From Candidatus Spyradenecus sp. (lineage in GTDB: Bacteria > Verrucomicrobiota > Verrucomicrobiia > Opitutales > UBA953): a stretch of DNA of 64,000 nt. Of this stretch, positions 10,096 through 19,837 are shown piece by piece. The DNA is taken from positions 96,001-160,000 of the forward strand of contig JAZSKX010000018.1 of NCBI GenBank assembly GCA_045535075.1, given 5' to 3'. The first letter of the stretch is position 1; every line of letters begins with the position of its first letter. Both the position numbers and the translations under genes were made by a program. Below the pieces are notes generated by a model. That model searched no databases, was not told the origin of the DNA, and was given only the letters and a program-made list of their open reading frames with translations.

Positions 10096-10116
10096 TTTAG
10101 TGATATATTAATTCAT
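10096..10116 (+). repeat. 21-bp conserved post-stop element, copy 1
   Basis: TTTAGTGATATATTAATTCAT is identical to the reverse complement of 57757-57777. Confidence 0.85.
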
Positions 10117-10126
10117 AGATACGTGT

Positions 10127-10163
10127 ACGTTCCCGTGAGGCTTTATCACGGGAACGTTTTTTT
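10127..10163 (+). terminator. Terminator built from an inverted GTTCCCG/CGGGAAC pair
   Basis: ACGTTCCCGTGA-ggcttta-TCACGGGAACGT followed by a T-run. Confidence 0.85.
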
Positions 10164-10229
10164 GCGTCTCTAAGGCTCCTCCTTCTTTAATCTTTAAGCT
10201 TCCACTATTAAACTTTAATCTCTCTGCTC

Positions 10230-11660
10230 ATGCACATTTATTTCATGGGAATTTGCGGCACGGCGATGGGGAATGCCGCCTTGCTGATGCGCGCGCTCGG
10301 GCACGAAGTTTCCGGATCGGACAAGGGCATTTACCCGCCGATGTCGGACATGCTTTTAAATTCCGGCGTGAAAATTTACGACGGTTACAGCGCGGAACGG
10401 CTCGCGTTTATCAATCCGGATTTGGTCGTCGTCGGGAACGTCGTCTCGCGCGGGCATCCCGAAATGGAATGGCTCCTGGAGTCGCGCGCGCTCGACTACG
10501 TTTCGCTTCCGGAATTGCTGCGCACGCGGCTTTTGAAAAACCGGCACAACCTCGTCGTCGCGGGAACGCACGGCAAGACGACGACGTCTTCGATTGCGGC
10601 GTTTCTTTTGCGGGAACACGGAGAAAATCCCGGCTGGCTCATCGGCGGCGTGCCGCGTGATTTGCCGGGCGGCTCTGCGCCGGGAACGGACGGCGGCGCA
10701 TTTGTTATCGAAGGCGACGAATACGACACGGCGTTTTTTGACAAGCGCAGCAAATTTATCCAATACCTGCCGGAAATCCTTTTGCTGAATAATTTGGAGT
10801 TTGACCACGCGGATATTTTCCGCGACCTGCAGGATGTTCAGCGCACGTTTGCGCACGTCATTCGCCTCGTGCCGCGCAACGGCTACATCGTGGCAAACGG
10901 CGACGACGAAAATATCGCTCCGCTCTTGGAAAACGTTTCCTGGGCTCCGGTGCTACGCGTCGGCACCGGCGAAAACTGCGACATTCGCATTTTGAATTTC
11001 CGTGAAACTCCCGAAGGTTCCGAGTTTGATTTGACTTGGCGCGGGAACGCGTGGGGGCGTGTTGCTTGGGCACAATCCGGCATTTTCAACGCGCGCAACG
11101 CGGCGATGGCGGCGACGGCGTGCGCGCTTTATACGGCAACGGACAAACCGGAGTGGGCGTTCCCGCTCGAAAATTTGTCAAAATTCCAAGGCGTAAAGCG
11201 TCGCCGGGAAATCCTCGTCGATACGCCGTCGCTCGTTGCGATCGAGGATTTCGGTCATCACCCGACAGCGCTCAAGCTCACACTCCAAGCGCTGCGGGAA
11301 CGCTATCCGAACCGCAAGCTCATCGCCGCCTTCGAGCCGCGCAGCAATACCGCCGTGCGCAAGCTTTTGCAGGATGCGTTTACGGACGCGCTCGGGAACG
11401 CGGACGCCGCGCTCATTGCGCCCGTGCATCATGCTTCGGGAGGCGCGGAAAAAATGAATACGGCGGAAGTCGCGGAAGCATTGCGTTCCCGCGGGGTTGA
11501 AGCGCACGCACCGGAAACGACGGAGCAATTACTCGCACTGTTGGAATCGCTCGCCGATGCGGCAACGCCGGATGCTCCCGCGCTCGTTGTATTTTTCTCC
11601 AACGGCGCATTCGGCGGTATCATCAAACGCTTTGCCGATTTGTTTCGCCCGCTGATGTAA
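10230..11660 (+). CDS. mpl: Murein peptide ligase
   Basis: GICGTAMG, GTHGKTTT, EGDEYDTAFFDKRSKF, DFGHHPTA and FEPRSNT. Confidence 0.9.
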   Translation: MHIYFMGICGTAMGNAALLMRALGHEVSGSDKGIYPPMSDMLLNSGVKIYDGYSAERLAFINPDLVVVGNVVSRGHPEMEWLLESRALDYVSLPELLRTRLLKNRHNLVVAGTHGKTTTSSIAAFLLREHGENPGWLIGGVPRDLPGGSAPGTDGGAFVIEGDEYDTAFFDKRSKFIQYLPEILLLNNLEFDHADIFRDLQDVQRTFAHVIRLVPRNGYIVANGDDENIAPLLENVSWAPVLRVGTGENCDIRILNFRETPEGSEFDLTWRGNAWGRVAWAQSGIFNARNAAMAATACALYTATDKPEWAFPLENLSKFQGVKRRREILVDTPSLVAIEDFGHHPTALKLTLQALRERYPNRKLIAAFEPRSNTAVRKLLQDAFTDALGNADAALIAPVHHASGGAEKMNTAEVAEALRSRGVEAHAPETTEQLLALLESLADAATPDAPALVVFFSNGAFGGIIKRFADLFRPLM

Positions 11661-11677
11661 CGCAACGGGAAATTGCG

Positions 11678-12532
11678 TTAATCGGTGCTTCGGCGAATTG
11701 CCTGCGCGATTTGCGGAAGCGCGCGACGCAAAGAAGGCGTGGGATAAAGCAAGCGACTATTCTCGCCGAGAGTAAAAATCTTTCGAGTTTTCACCGCCGG
11801 AAGAAGCGCAAATGCCGGATTTTTCTTCAGCGAATCCGCAAGATTCGGCATGAAGCTCAGTTTAGACGGGCCGTCCGGAGCAACGTAAATCAGAATTTCC
11901 GCCCGCGTTCCGACGATCAGTTCTTTCGTCAAAATCGGCCACGCTCGCGGCGTTTTTTCGGGAGCGGCATTGATTCCCCCACAAAGTTCAATGATATCAT
12001 TGAGATAAGAAGTTTTTCCGGCACAAACTTCGCCCCAAAGAATAAGCACGCGAGGACGCCGCAGAATCGGACGCTTCTCCAGTTCGAGCCGAATCGCATC
12101 TTCTGCTTCTCTCCACTCCTTCAAAATACAGTCCGCGCGTTCCCGCCGCCCTGTTTTTTCTCCCAGTAAAACAACATCGCGCTTGATGTTTTCGTACGAT
12201 TCCGGAAAAAGAATGACACAGGGAATTCCGTATCCGGACATACGATTAACAAAGCTTCTGTCACGAACATCGGCGTGAACAAGCAAATCCGGCTTGAGCG
12301 CAAGAACGGCTTCCGCAGAAGGATCGATAAAGCCGCCGATAACGCGCGGCGCACTTCCTTCCGGAGCCTTGCAATAGCGCGTAATACCGACGAGTTCCCG
12401 CGAAACGCCGAGCTCTCCCAAAATATCCGTCGCACAAGGCGTTAAGCTGACAATACGTTGCGGAACAGCCCAAAGCGTTCCCGAACAAAGCAACGCCGCG
12501 AGAATCCAAATACCTCTCACTAAAATCTTCAT
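11678..12532 (-). CDS. BtuF-like ABC transporter substrate-binding protein (cobalamin/iron complex)
   Basis: Signal peptide, RIVSLTP..T.IL..LG and E.VLALKPDL. Confidence 0.8.
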   Translation of the reverse strand: MKILVRGIWILAALLCSGTLWAVPQRIVSLTPCATDILGELGVSRELVGITRYCKAPEGSAPRVIGGFIDPSAEAVLALKPDLLVHADVRDRSFVNRMSGYGIPCVILFPESYENIKRDVVLLGEKTGRRERADCILKEWREAEDAIRLELEKRPILRRPRVLILWGEVCAGKTSYLNDIIELCGGINAAPEKTPRAWPILTKELIVGTRAEILIYVAPDGPSKLSFMPNLADSLKKNPAFALLPAVKTRKIFTLGENSRLLYPTPSLRRALPQIAQAIRRSTD

Positions 12533-12546
12533 TCCCGTAAGCCAAT

Positions 12547-12577
12547 AAAAAACGCCCCGAATAATCGAGGCGTTTTT
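12547..12577 (-). terminator. Terminator after rpsI
   Basis: AAAAACGCC-ccgaataatcga-GGCGTTTTT. Confidence 0.65.
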
Positions 12578-12594
12578 GAATCGGTAAGCTCCAA

Positions 12595-12993
12595 TTAACG
12601 TTTCGAGAATTGGAAGTGCTTGCGAGCACCCGGCTGACCGCTTTTCTTACGTTCTTTAGCACGACCGTCACGCGTGAGCAGACCGGCCTTCTTGAGAACG
12701 CTACGGAGTTCCGGATTGTATTTTTCGATCGCGCGAGCAAGACCGTGCGAAATTGCACCGGCTTGGCTGTTGCAACCGCCGCCGTTAACGCGGACACAAA
12801 TATCAAGAGACCCTTCGAGACCGGCGACTCCGAGCGGGAGCGTTGCCGCTTTCGCGAGAGCTTCCGTGAAGCAGTAGGTTTCGAGCGGTTTGTCGTTGAC
12901 GACGATTTTTCCGGAACCGGACGCGATGCGAACGCGAGCGGTCGAAGTTTTACGGCGACCAACGGCGACAAAAACAGGAACGTCTTTATTCAT
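12595..12993 (-). CDS. rpsI: 30S ribosomal protein S9
   Basis: GRRKTSTARV, LLTRDGR.KERKK and FQFSKR. Confidence 0.97.
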   Translation of the reverse strand: MNKDVPVFVAVGRRKTSTARVRIASGSGKIVVNDKPLETYCFTEALAKAATLPLGVAGLEGSLDICVRVNGGGCNSQAGAISHGLARAIEKYNPELRSVLKKAGLLTRDGRAKERKKSGQPGARKHFQFSKR

Positions 12994-13011
12994 TAGTAAA
13001 TGTCTCCTAAA

Positions 13012-13449
13012 TTATTTCGCGTCGATGATTTCAACCGGATTCTGCGCGGCATGCGGGTGTTCCGAACCTGCATAAATTTTGAGCTTTTTGAGCATCGCGC
13101 TGGCAAGACGGTTTTTCGGAAGCATTCCTTTAACCGCATGCATGATAAGGAATTCCGGACGACGTGCACGCATATCGGCGACACTACGACGATAGGCGGT
13201 TCCGACCCATCCCGTGTAGAACATGTAAGTTTTGTTTTCTTCCTTCGCGCCGGAGAGTGCGACCTTGTCGGCATTGATGACGACAACGAAATCGCCGGTA
13301 TCAACGTGCGGCGTGTAGGTCGGTTTGTGGCGACCGCGGAGGATCGCCGCAATTTGCACGGAGAGGCGACCGAGCGTTTTGCCCGTCGCGTCAACGACAT
13401 ACCATTTCTTTTCGGTATCGTTCGGAGTCTTTGCTAAAGTTGTTTTCAT
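13012..13449 (-). CDS. rplM: 50S ribosomal protein L13
   Basis: [25 protein letters not shown] and AVKGMLPKN. Confidence 0.97.
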   Translation of the reverse strand: MKTTLAKTPNDTEKKWYVVDATGKTLGRLSVQIAAILRGRHKPTYTPHVDTGDFVVVINADKVALSGAKEENKTYMFYTGWVGTAYRRSVADMRARRPEFLIMHAVKGMLPKNRLASAMLKKLKIYAGSEHPHAAQNPVEIIDAK

Positions 13450-13597
13450 TGATTTTATATGGCGGAAAGACCAAAAAGCGCTTATTTAAAGCAATTATTT
13501 GCTCCCTCCGGAGTTGGAATTTCAAAAAGGAAATTTAATTAAACCTTGAACTCGTAAATCGTGCAAGAAAATTTTCTTAAATTTTGACGTTTTTTCC

Positions 13598-14188
13598 TCA
13601 CGCGAGCTTTTCGGAAAGCGCATTGATTTTTTCGGCGTTTTCGAGAAGGTCGGCAATCGGATCCCAGCGTCCGTTTATTAATGCATCACGAACCGCGGCT
13701 GGAAGCTCGACGGGAACGCTCTGTCCGCCGAATTTCACACAGAGATTTTCGACATCGACCTCGATTTTTTCTCCCGGATTTTCGGCAATCCAGGCGCTGA
13801 TTTTTTCAAGATCTTCGCGACTTGCGCAAACACAGGCGACACCGAGCGTCGTTGCGTTCCCGAAGAAAATTTCCGCGAAACTTCCGGCGACAACCGCCTT
13901 AATTCCGCGGCGCCAAAGTGCCTGCGGAGCATGCTCGCGGGAACTGCCGCAGCCGAAATTCATTCCGGTCACGAGAATTCCGGCATTTTTCGCGCCGGGC
14001 GCATTCATCGGGTGCGCAGTATCGGAGCCGTCGGCATTTTTGCGTTCGTCGTAAAATGCGAATTCGCCAAGCCCGTCGAACGTAATGCTTTTGAGGAAGC
14101 GCGCGGGAATGATTCGGTCCGTATCAATATCGTCGCCGGGAACGACGACGGGAACGGAGCAAACGGAAGTAATTTTTTCAAGAGCCAT
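13598..14188 (-). CDS. leuD: 3-isopropylmalate dehydratase small subunit
   Basis: DIDTDRIIPARFL and NFGCGSSREHAPQAL. Confidence 0.95.
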   Translation of the reverse strand: MALEKITSVCSVPVVVPGDDIDTDRIIPARFLKSITFDGLGEFAFYDERKNADGSDTAHPMNAPGAKNAGILVTGMNFGCGSSREHAPQALWRRGIKAVVAGSFAEIFFGNATTLGVACVCASREDLEKISAWIAENPGEKIEVDVENLCVKFGGQSVPVELPAAVRDALINGRWDPIADLLENAEKINALSEKLA

Positions 14189-14247
14189 AAAAATAAGTGA
14201 TAATTGATGATGAAGCCGGCGAATGCGTTAATTTCCGGTCGCCGAAA

Positions 14248-14415
14248 CTAGTCGATGGCGTCGCGAATAGATTCATCGTCCTCCCAGTCGAGACATTCGA
14301 AAACGTCATCAAGTTCTTTTTGAAAATCATCATTCAAAAAGTAAAGAGCCGTTCCCGTAAAACCGGTGAACAGAATGACAAACAAAAGAATGAAAATGAT
14401 GCAGTTTTTTATCAT
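14248..14415 (-). CDS. Small single-TM protein with an acidic tail (55 aa; not in the ORF track)
   Basis: Manual translation MIKNCIIFILLFVILFTGFTGTALYFLNDDFQKELDDVFECLDWEDDESIRDAID*; fills the tsf-leuD gap in the same orientation. Confidence 0.5.
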   Translation of the reverse strand: MIKNCIIFILLFVILFTGFTGTALYFLNDDFQKELDDVFECLDWEDDESIRDAID

Positions 14416-14460
14416 AGAATCTCACATTTTTAATGCGGGAAGACGTCAAACGACAAATAA

Positions 14461-14493
14461 AAAAGCGTTCCCGCCGAAACTTGCGGGAACGCT
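14461..14493 (-). terminator. Terminator after tsf built from an inverted motif pair
   Basis: AAAAGCGTTCCCGC-cgaaactt-GCGGGAACGCT. Confidence 0.85.
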
Positions 14494-14510
14494 CTTCTTG
14501 TTTAACGGAA

Positions 14511-15101
14511 TTACGCTCCGATTTGGAAACGCGAGAAGCGGGAGATGATGATGTTTTCGCCCGTTTTCGTAATCTGTTCCGTGAGCAATTCGTTAATGGT
14601 TTTCTTGTCATCCTTAACGAATGCCTGATCGAGGAGGCAGACTTCCGAGTAGAATTTTTCGAGCTTGCCGGCAACGATCTTTTCGATTGCCTGAGCCGGT
14701 TTGCCTTCGCATTGCGCCTTAACGATTTCGGCTTCTTTTTCAACTTCTTCAGCCGGAACTTCGTCACGCTTGATAAAACGCGGAGCCGCCGCAGCAATGT
14801 GCATCGCAATATCGCGAGCAAAGCTTTGGAAAAGCTCGTTTTTAGCTACGAAGTCGGATTCGCAGTTGATTTCGACGAGAACGCCGATTTTGCCGCCCAT
14901 GTGAATATAGGAAGCGACCGTTCCTTGAGAAGCGGCACGTCCCGCTTTTTTATCGCGCGTTGCAACACCTTTTTTGCGGAGAATTTCCGCAGCAGCGTCC
15001 ATGTCGCCGTTGGTTTCGACGAGCGCTTTTTTGCAATCCATGAGCCCGGCGCCCGTACGGGTGCGGAGTTCGTTAACGGTTTTTGCGTCAATAGTTGCCA
15101 T
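14511..15101 (-). CDS. tsf: Elongation factor Ts (short form)
   Basis: LRTRTGAGLMDCKKAL and EINCESDFVA. Confidence 0.96.
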   Translation of the reverse strand: MATIDAKTVNELRTRTGAGLMDCKKALVETNGDMDAAAEILRKKGVATRDKKAGRAASQGTVASYIHMGGKIGVLVEINCESDFVAKNELFQSFARDIAMHIAAAAPRFIKRDEVPAEEVEKEAEIVKAQCEGKPAQAIEKIVAGKLEKFYSEVCLLDQAFVKDDKKTINELLTEQITKTGENIIISRFSRFQIGA

Positions 15102-15125
15102 GATAATTTTTCCTTGTTTTAGGGA

Positions 15126-15995
15126 TTATTCGGCGGCTTTCGGAGCACGCGGCTTGCGCGTTCCCGTGCGCGGCTTACGAGCCGGCTTTTTTTCCGCGAG
15201 CTGATTGTCTTTCAGCAATTCTGCCGAGATTGTAACATCGCCGGCGGCATCGCTATCGGCAGCGATTTCCTGGCGAGCCGGAATAACGGCTTTTTTCGCT
15301 TCCTGTTCAACGCTACGGCGAGCCAAACCGGCCTGAATAGCATCCGTAATAACGGAAACGATGAGACGAACGGACTTGACGGCATCGTCATTGCCCGGAA
15401 TCGGGAACGCAACCTGCGACGGGTCGGAATTCGTATCAACGAGACCGACAGCCGGGATGTTCATGCGCTTCGCTTCCGCAACAGCGATTTCTTCATTCTT
15501 GATATCGATAACGAAAACAGCGCCCGGAAGTTTGTAGAAATCCAAAAGGCCTTCAAAGCCGCGATCCATGCGTTTCATATGGCGCTTAATGACAGCCGCT
15601 TCCTTCTTGTTCATCTTGTCGAGCGATCCGTCGGCTTCCATACGCAGGTATTTGCGGTATTTTTCGAGGGAACCTTTAACGGTTTCAAAATTCGTGAGGC
15701 AACCGCCCATCCAGCGATTCGTGGCATAGGGCATATTGCAGGATTTTGCTGCGTCGCGCATCAAGTCTTGAGCTTGGCGCTTCGTAGCTACGAAGAGGAC
15801 ATCTTTCCCGGAAGCGACGGTATCTTCGACAAATTTCGAAGCTTTTTCGAGGCATTCAAAGGTCTTTTCAAGGTCGATAATCGACACACCGTTTTGGTGT
15901 TTGAAGACGAATTCGCGGGATTTCGGATTCCAGCGGCGGGTTTGGTGACCGAAGTGTACGCCGGCATCCAAGAGGTCTTTAATCGTGATGTTCAT
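15126..15995 (-). CDS. rpsB: 30S ribosomal protein S2
   Basis: AGVHFGHQTRRWNPK, RWMGGCLTN and PGNDDA; start at ATG 15995. Confidence 0.96.
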   Translation of the reverse strand: MNITIKDLLDAGVHFGHQTRRWNPKSREFVFKHQNGVSIIDLEKTFECLEKASKFVEDTVASGKDVLFVATKRQAQDLMRDAAKSCNMPYATNRWMGGCLTNFETVKGSLEKYRKYLRMEADGSLDKMNKKEAAVIKRHMKRMDRGFEGLLDFYKLPGAVFVIDIKNEEIAVAEAKRMNIPAVGLVDTNSDPSQVAFPIPGNDDAVKSVRLIVSVITDAIQAGLARRSVEQEAKKAVIPARQEIAADSDAAGDVTISAELLKDNQLAEKKPARKPRTGTRKPRAPKAAE

Positions 15996-16216
15996 AATAA
16001 TAACGGCTCCGTATTTCACCGCGCACCGGAATCACGGGAAACATTGGATAATGGATTTTATTGTTTTATTTTATTTGAAAAATTCCGTTCCGGTAGTCCG
16101 AAATTTTGAAATGAAAGTTCATTGAATCGAAAAAACGCCCTTCTCGCAAGCAGAAATCCGAAACATTCGGAAACAAAAAAACGCAACCGAGGAAAGCGAC
16201 GGTTGCGTTTTCCGTT

Positions 16217-18169
16217 TTACTTTTGCTTATCCGGCGACCAAACCAAGCCTTCGACGGGAGCGTCTCCCTTCGGCGAAACGAGCGCGAAGGTGAACATCCA
16301 TTTGTAAAGGCGCGCCTGCCCGCTCGAAAATCCGGCAACGGGGAGCTTGATCAGCACTTTATTCCAGCCTTGCTTGAGCTGCACCGGAATCGGCTCGCGC
16401 ACCTCAAAGTTCTCATTCGCAAGCGGCGTTTCCTGATTGCGGTTTTTATGCGAATTTTCCCACTTCGGCGGCAGAATCTCCTTGTCGTTCAGCCAAAACC
16501 GCGATTCGCGAGCATCCCACTTGCCCTGCGGAGGCGGCAAATCCGGCTCGGACGCGCTGATTTTGTGCGTTTGCGCCCAAAGCCCGACTTTTTGTGCTTT
16601 CGGCGACCAAACGTATGTATAGGCATAAACCGTCGAATTTGTTTGCGGATTTTTGAAGAACGCGGAAACGGTGCCGAGTTTTCCCGGCCCCCAAACGTGG
16701 CGCAGGTAAACCGCCGCGCCGCGGGCATCGCGCGTGCCGATTGTCTTTCCGTCAAATTCGTATTCGTTTTTAAGTTCTTTTTCCGGCGGGAACGCCGTAT
16801 CGAGCTTGCCGCCGTTCGGGAACGGCTCGGTGATACGCCAAAGCATGTGAGCCTGGGGCACCCAAGGCATTTTCGCTCCGAGTTCCTTTTTCACCGGAAG
16901 CATGCGGCGCTCAAAATTTTTCAGTTTTTTCAGCTTCTCGCCTTCGAGCGGAATCACCGTTCCCGTGCCGTGAAAATATTCGTCGCGCCCGCCGTGCCAC
17001 GCACTTTCGGCAAACGCGAGAATTGACGGGTAAAACGAATTGTTTGCAAGAATCGCGTCCGTCCCGAGAATGTAGCGGTCGCACCAAATCGCGGCAATTC
17101 CGCCGGCAATCGTGTCGTTCGCCTCCGGTGTTTCCGCGAAATTCGAATAAAACAGCGCGACGGGATCGGCAAAAGAATCGAAGTGATTAAAATAGTGCAG
17201 GCGGCTGTCAAGCGAAGGCGTTCCCGCGAGCGGACGTCCGCGGCCGCTCCACATTTGCACGAGGTCGATTTCGCCCGGCTTGTAATGTGCGCCCGGATTC
17301 CACGTCGCCACTTTTTTTCCGCGTTCCCGCACGAAAGCGACCATTTCGGGAACGAAATCCGGATTCGTGATACGCACTTCGTCCGTCCCGATGTGGAAAT
17401 ACGGAACGGTTTTCGAGGAGAACCCTTCTTTGATGATTTCGTCGACCAGTTTCTTCAAAATTTCCGTGCCCTTCTCGCTTTGCATGGAGCATTTAAACGT
17501 GCGCTCAAACGCCGCACTGTGCCCGGGCATATCGATTTCGGGAATGAGCATTACGCCGAGCGAATCGCAGTAGTCGACAAGTTCGCGAATTTCCTTAAAC
17601 GTATAAAATTTACCGTGATCGCGCGTGTAATTTTTTTTGTCATTAAGTTCCGGATACACGCGGCTTTCCGTGCGCCAACCCTGATTTTCCGTCAAATGCC
17701 AGTGGAAAATGTTGATTTTGTACTCGGCGCAAAATGCGACGATTTTTTTCAAATCCGCAAGCGGAATGTAACTGCGCCCGCAGTCCATCATGAAGCCGCG
17801 CATCGGATAGGCGGGCCAATCGAGAATTTTGCACGCGGGAACGCCGGCGGGTTTAGCCCGCTTAATCATTTGCGCGAGCGTCTTGCGCGCATTGTTTTCT
17901 CCGGCATCGGAAACGCATCTGATTTTTACGCCGCCCTTGGAAACAACCAGTTCGTAGGCTTCGCTCTGCGCGTGCGCGGGAACGCCGTCGAGCGATTTCA
18001 CGTGCTTTACGGAAACGCGCTTATCCAATCCCTGCGCGGGAACGAAAGCATTTTTCTTTTCCGTATATTTTTGCGGAAGCGGGAGAATGTCGCACGCGGC
18101 AAAAGCGGAAAATCCGGCAAGGACAAAAAAAGTAAAAACAAAAAAACAACGGCGAATTTTTCGAAGCAT
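16217..18169 (-). CDS. Secreted GH20 beta-N-acetylhexosaminidase
   Basis: Signal peptide from ATG 18169; RGFMMDCGR, FHWHLTE, PEIDMPGH and catalytic HIGTDE. Confidence 0.9.
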   Translation of the reverse strand: MLRKIRRCFFVFTFFVLAGFSAFAACDILPLPQKYTEKKNAFVPAQGLDKRVSVKHVKSLDGVPAHAQSEAYELVVSKGGVKIRCVSDAGENNARKTLAQMIKRAKPAGVPACKILDWPAYPMRGFMMDCGRSYIPLADLKKIVAFCAEYKINIFHWHLTENQGWRTESRVYPELNDKKNYTRDHGKFYTFKEIRELVDYCDSLGVMLIPEIDMPGHSAAFERTFKCSMQSEKGTEILKKLVDEIIKEGFSSKTVPYFHIGTDEVRITNPDFVPEMVAFVRERGKKVATWNPGAHYKPGEIDLVQMWSGRGRPLAGTPSLDSRLHYFNHFDSFADPVALFYSNFAETPEANDTIAGGIAAIWCDRYILGTDAILANNSFYPSILAFAESAWHGGRDEYFHGTGTVIPLEGEKLKKLKNFERRMLPVKKELGAKMPWVPQAHMLWRITEPFPNGGKLDTAFPPEKELKNEYEFDGKTIGTRDARGAAVYLRHVWGPGKLGTVSAFFKNPQTNSTVYAYTYVWSPKAQKVGLWAQTHKISASEPDLPPPQGKWDARESRFWLNDKEILPPKWENSHKNRNQETPLANENFEVREPIPVQLKQGWNKVLIKLPVAGFSSGQARLYKWMFTFALVSPKGDAPVEGLVWSPDKQK

Positions 18170-18227
18170 GGGAGCATTCTGCAAACTCGCCGTTGCTATG
18201 TCAAATAAACCGAAAAAACAGGAACGA

Positions 18228-18458
18228 TTAATTCCCGGAAGCGTTGCCGTTTGCCGCTTCGGAAACGACTTCAAGCGATGTTTCCTCTTCTTCGACGAGC
18301 GCGCCGTCATCGCTGTTGCAAGGCTTACAACAGCATTTTTGGCAAGTCTTGTCGCCGCATTTCGGATGATGCTTTTTTTCGCAACCGCCGCATCCGGCAA
18401 GGCAAAGCGCAGTCAGCAATCCCGCGCAAATTAGAACAACAAACGATTTCTTTTTCAT
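18228..18458 (-). CDS. Small cysteine-rich lipoprotein
   Basis: MKKKSF..LAG|C lipobox, then CGGCEKKHHPKCGDKTCQKCCCKPC and an acidic tail. Confidence 0.65.
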   Translation of the reverse strand: MKKKSFVVLICAGLLTALCLAGCGGCEKKHHPKCGDKTCQKCCCKPCNSDDGALVEEEETSLEVVSEAANGNASGN

Positions 18459-18625
18459 AAACATTCAATGGTTTAGCGAATACGGCGAAATTGCCGATTC
18501 TGACATAAAAGCGCCCTTTTCCCGCATTTTGGTCTAAACAAAATCCGCCGGAATTCAACTCGCGTGCAAAGCTGCGAATTGGCAATTGCATTTTACGAAA
18601 ACAGAGAGGAAAATCGGGAGCTGAA

Positions 18626-18871
18626 ATGATTCCCGTCGATATCGAGTTTTTCTTTGCCGTGCTGATTGCCTGCGCGGTTTTCGTCTACCTGTTTTACGAA
18701 TTTTATTGGATGTCGGTAGAAAATCGAACCCGCGGGGACGAAAATCGCAAGCAAACGCTTTATTGCTGCGTGCGTTGCGGGAAGGTTTACACTCGCAAAC
18801 GCGAACGCGACGACGAAAAAACCGCGCCCTGCCCGAACTGCGCTTTTGAAAACATCCGGCTACGGTTTTAA
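18626..18871 (+). CDS. Small membrane-anchored zinc-ribbon protein
   Basis: N-terminal TM, CVRC...CPNC. Confidence 0.65.
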   Translation: MIPVDIEFFFAVLIACAVFVYLFYEFYWMSVENRTRGDENRKQTLYCCVRCGKVYTRKRERDDEKTAPCPNCAFENIRLRF

Positions 18872-18877
18872 ACACAT

Positions 18878-19837
18878 ATGCCGATTCGTTTTAAAATATT
18901 CCGACGACGAAGCTCGAAATTTCTCATCGGAATTTTCGCCTGCGTTCCCGCATTCGTTTTACTTGTTTTTGCATGGGCTTATTGGATTGAACCGAAACGC
19001 CTAACGCGCACTTATCTAAAATATCCGATTCCCGAATGGAACGGCACGGACAACCTCGTCCGCCTTGTCGTCGCAGGCGATTTTCATGTACGCCACGGCG
19101 AAGGCAGGCGCCTCAATAAAATTATCAACGCAATTCGGGAACAGTCTCCGGATATCGTCATTCTCGTAGGCGACTTCGCCTTTGCCTCCACCGACGATCC
19201 GCGGGGAAATACACTGGACTTGCCGCTGATGTCCAAAATCTTTCGCCAACTTCGTAACGGCGGGAAAACTCCGGTCTTCGCCTGCCTCGGCAACCACGAT
19301 TACGCTTACGGAGCAGCCAAAATTCGAAAAATGCTTGAAGATGCCGACATCACGCTTCTGGAGCCGGGAAGTTCTCGGCTCCATTTCGGCGAGAACTGCG
19401 AAGTTTTTCTCGGCGGCGTACTCAACACAAGCACGCGCGAAATGAATCCCGAATCCGTTCCCGCGATCCCGCCGGATTTTTACGGCGCAGCACTCTTTGT
19501 CGTGCATTCCCCGGATTTGGTGGTCGATCTCCCGCGCGAATCCGGCTACGCGCTTACGCTTGCCGGGCACACGCACGGCGGACAAATCTGCCTCCCGGGG
19601 CGAATTCCGTTCGTCCCGCACGCAAGCCGCATCGGAGACCAATACGCTCACGGCATGTTTGAAGAAGGAGGAAAAGATCTTTTCGTAACACGCGGAGTCG
19701 GCGAAAGCCGCCTGCGAATGCGGCTCTTTTGCCCGCCGGAAATTGTCGTTATCGACCTTGTCCCAACCGAGGCGCTCCCGCAGCACCAATGGAGAAATCG
19801 CGCCGGGAATCCGAAAAAAATCGAACTGTCCAACTAA
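18878..19837 (+). CDS. Metallophosphoesterase (YkuE-like)
   Basis: DFH, GD, GNHD and GHTHGGQ calcineurin-like motifs. Confidence 0.9.
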   Translation: MPIRFKIFRRRSSKFLIGIFACVPAFVLLVFAWAYWIEPKRLTRTYLKYPIPEWNGTDNLVRLVVAGDFHVRHGEGRRLNKIINAIREQSPDIVILVGDFAFASTDDPRGNTLDLPLMSKIFRQLRNGGKTPVFACLGNHDYAYGAAKIRKMLEDADITLLEPGSSRLHFGENCEVFLGGVLNTSTREMNPESVPAIPPDFYGAALFVVHSPDLVVDLPRESGYALTLAGHTHGGQICLPGRIPFVPHASRIGDQYAHGMFEEGGKDLFVTRGVGESRLRMRLFCPPEIVVIDLVPTEALPQHQWRNRAGNPKKIELSN

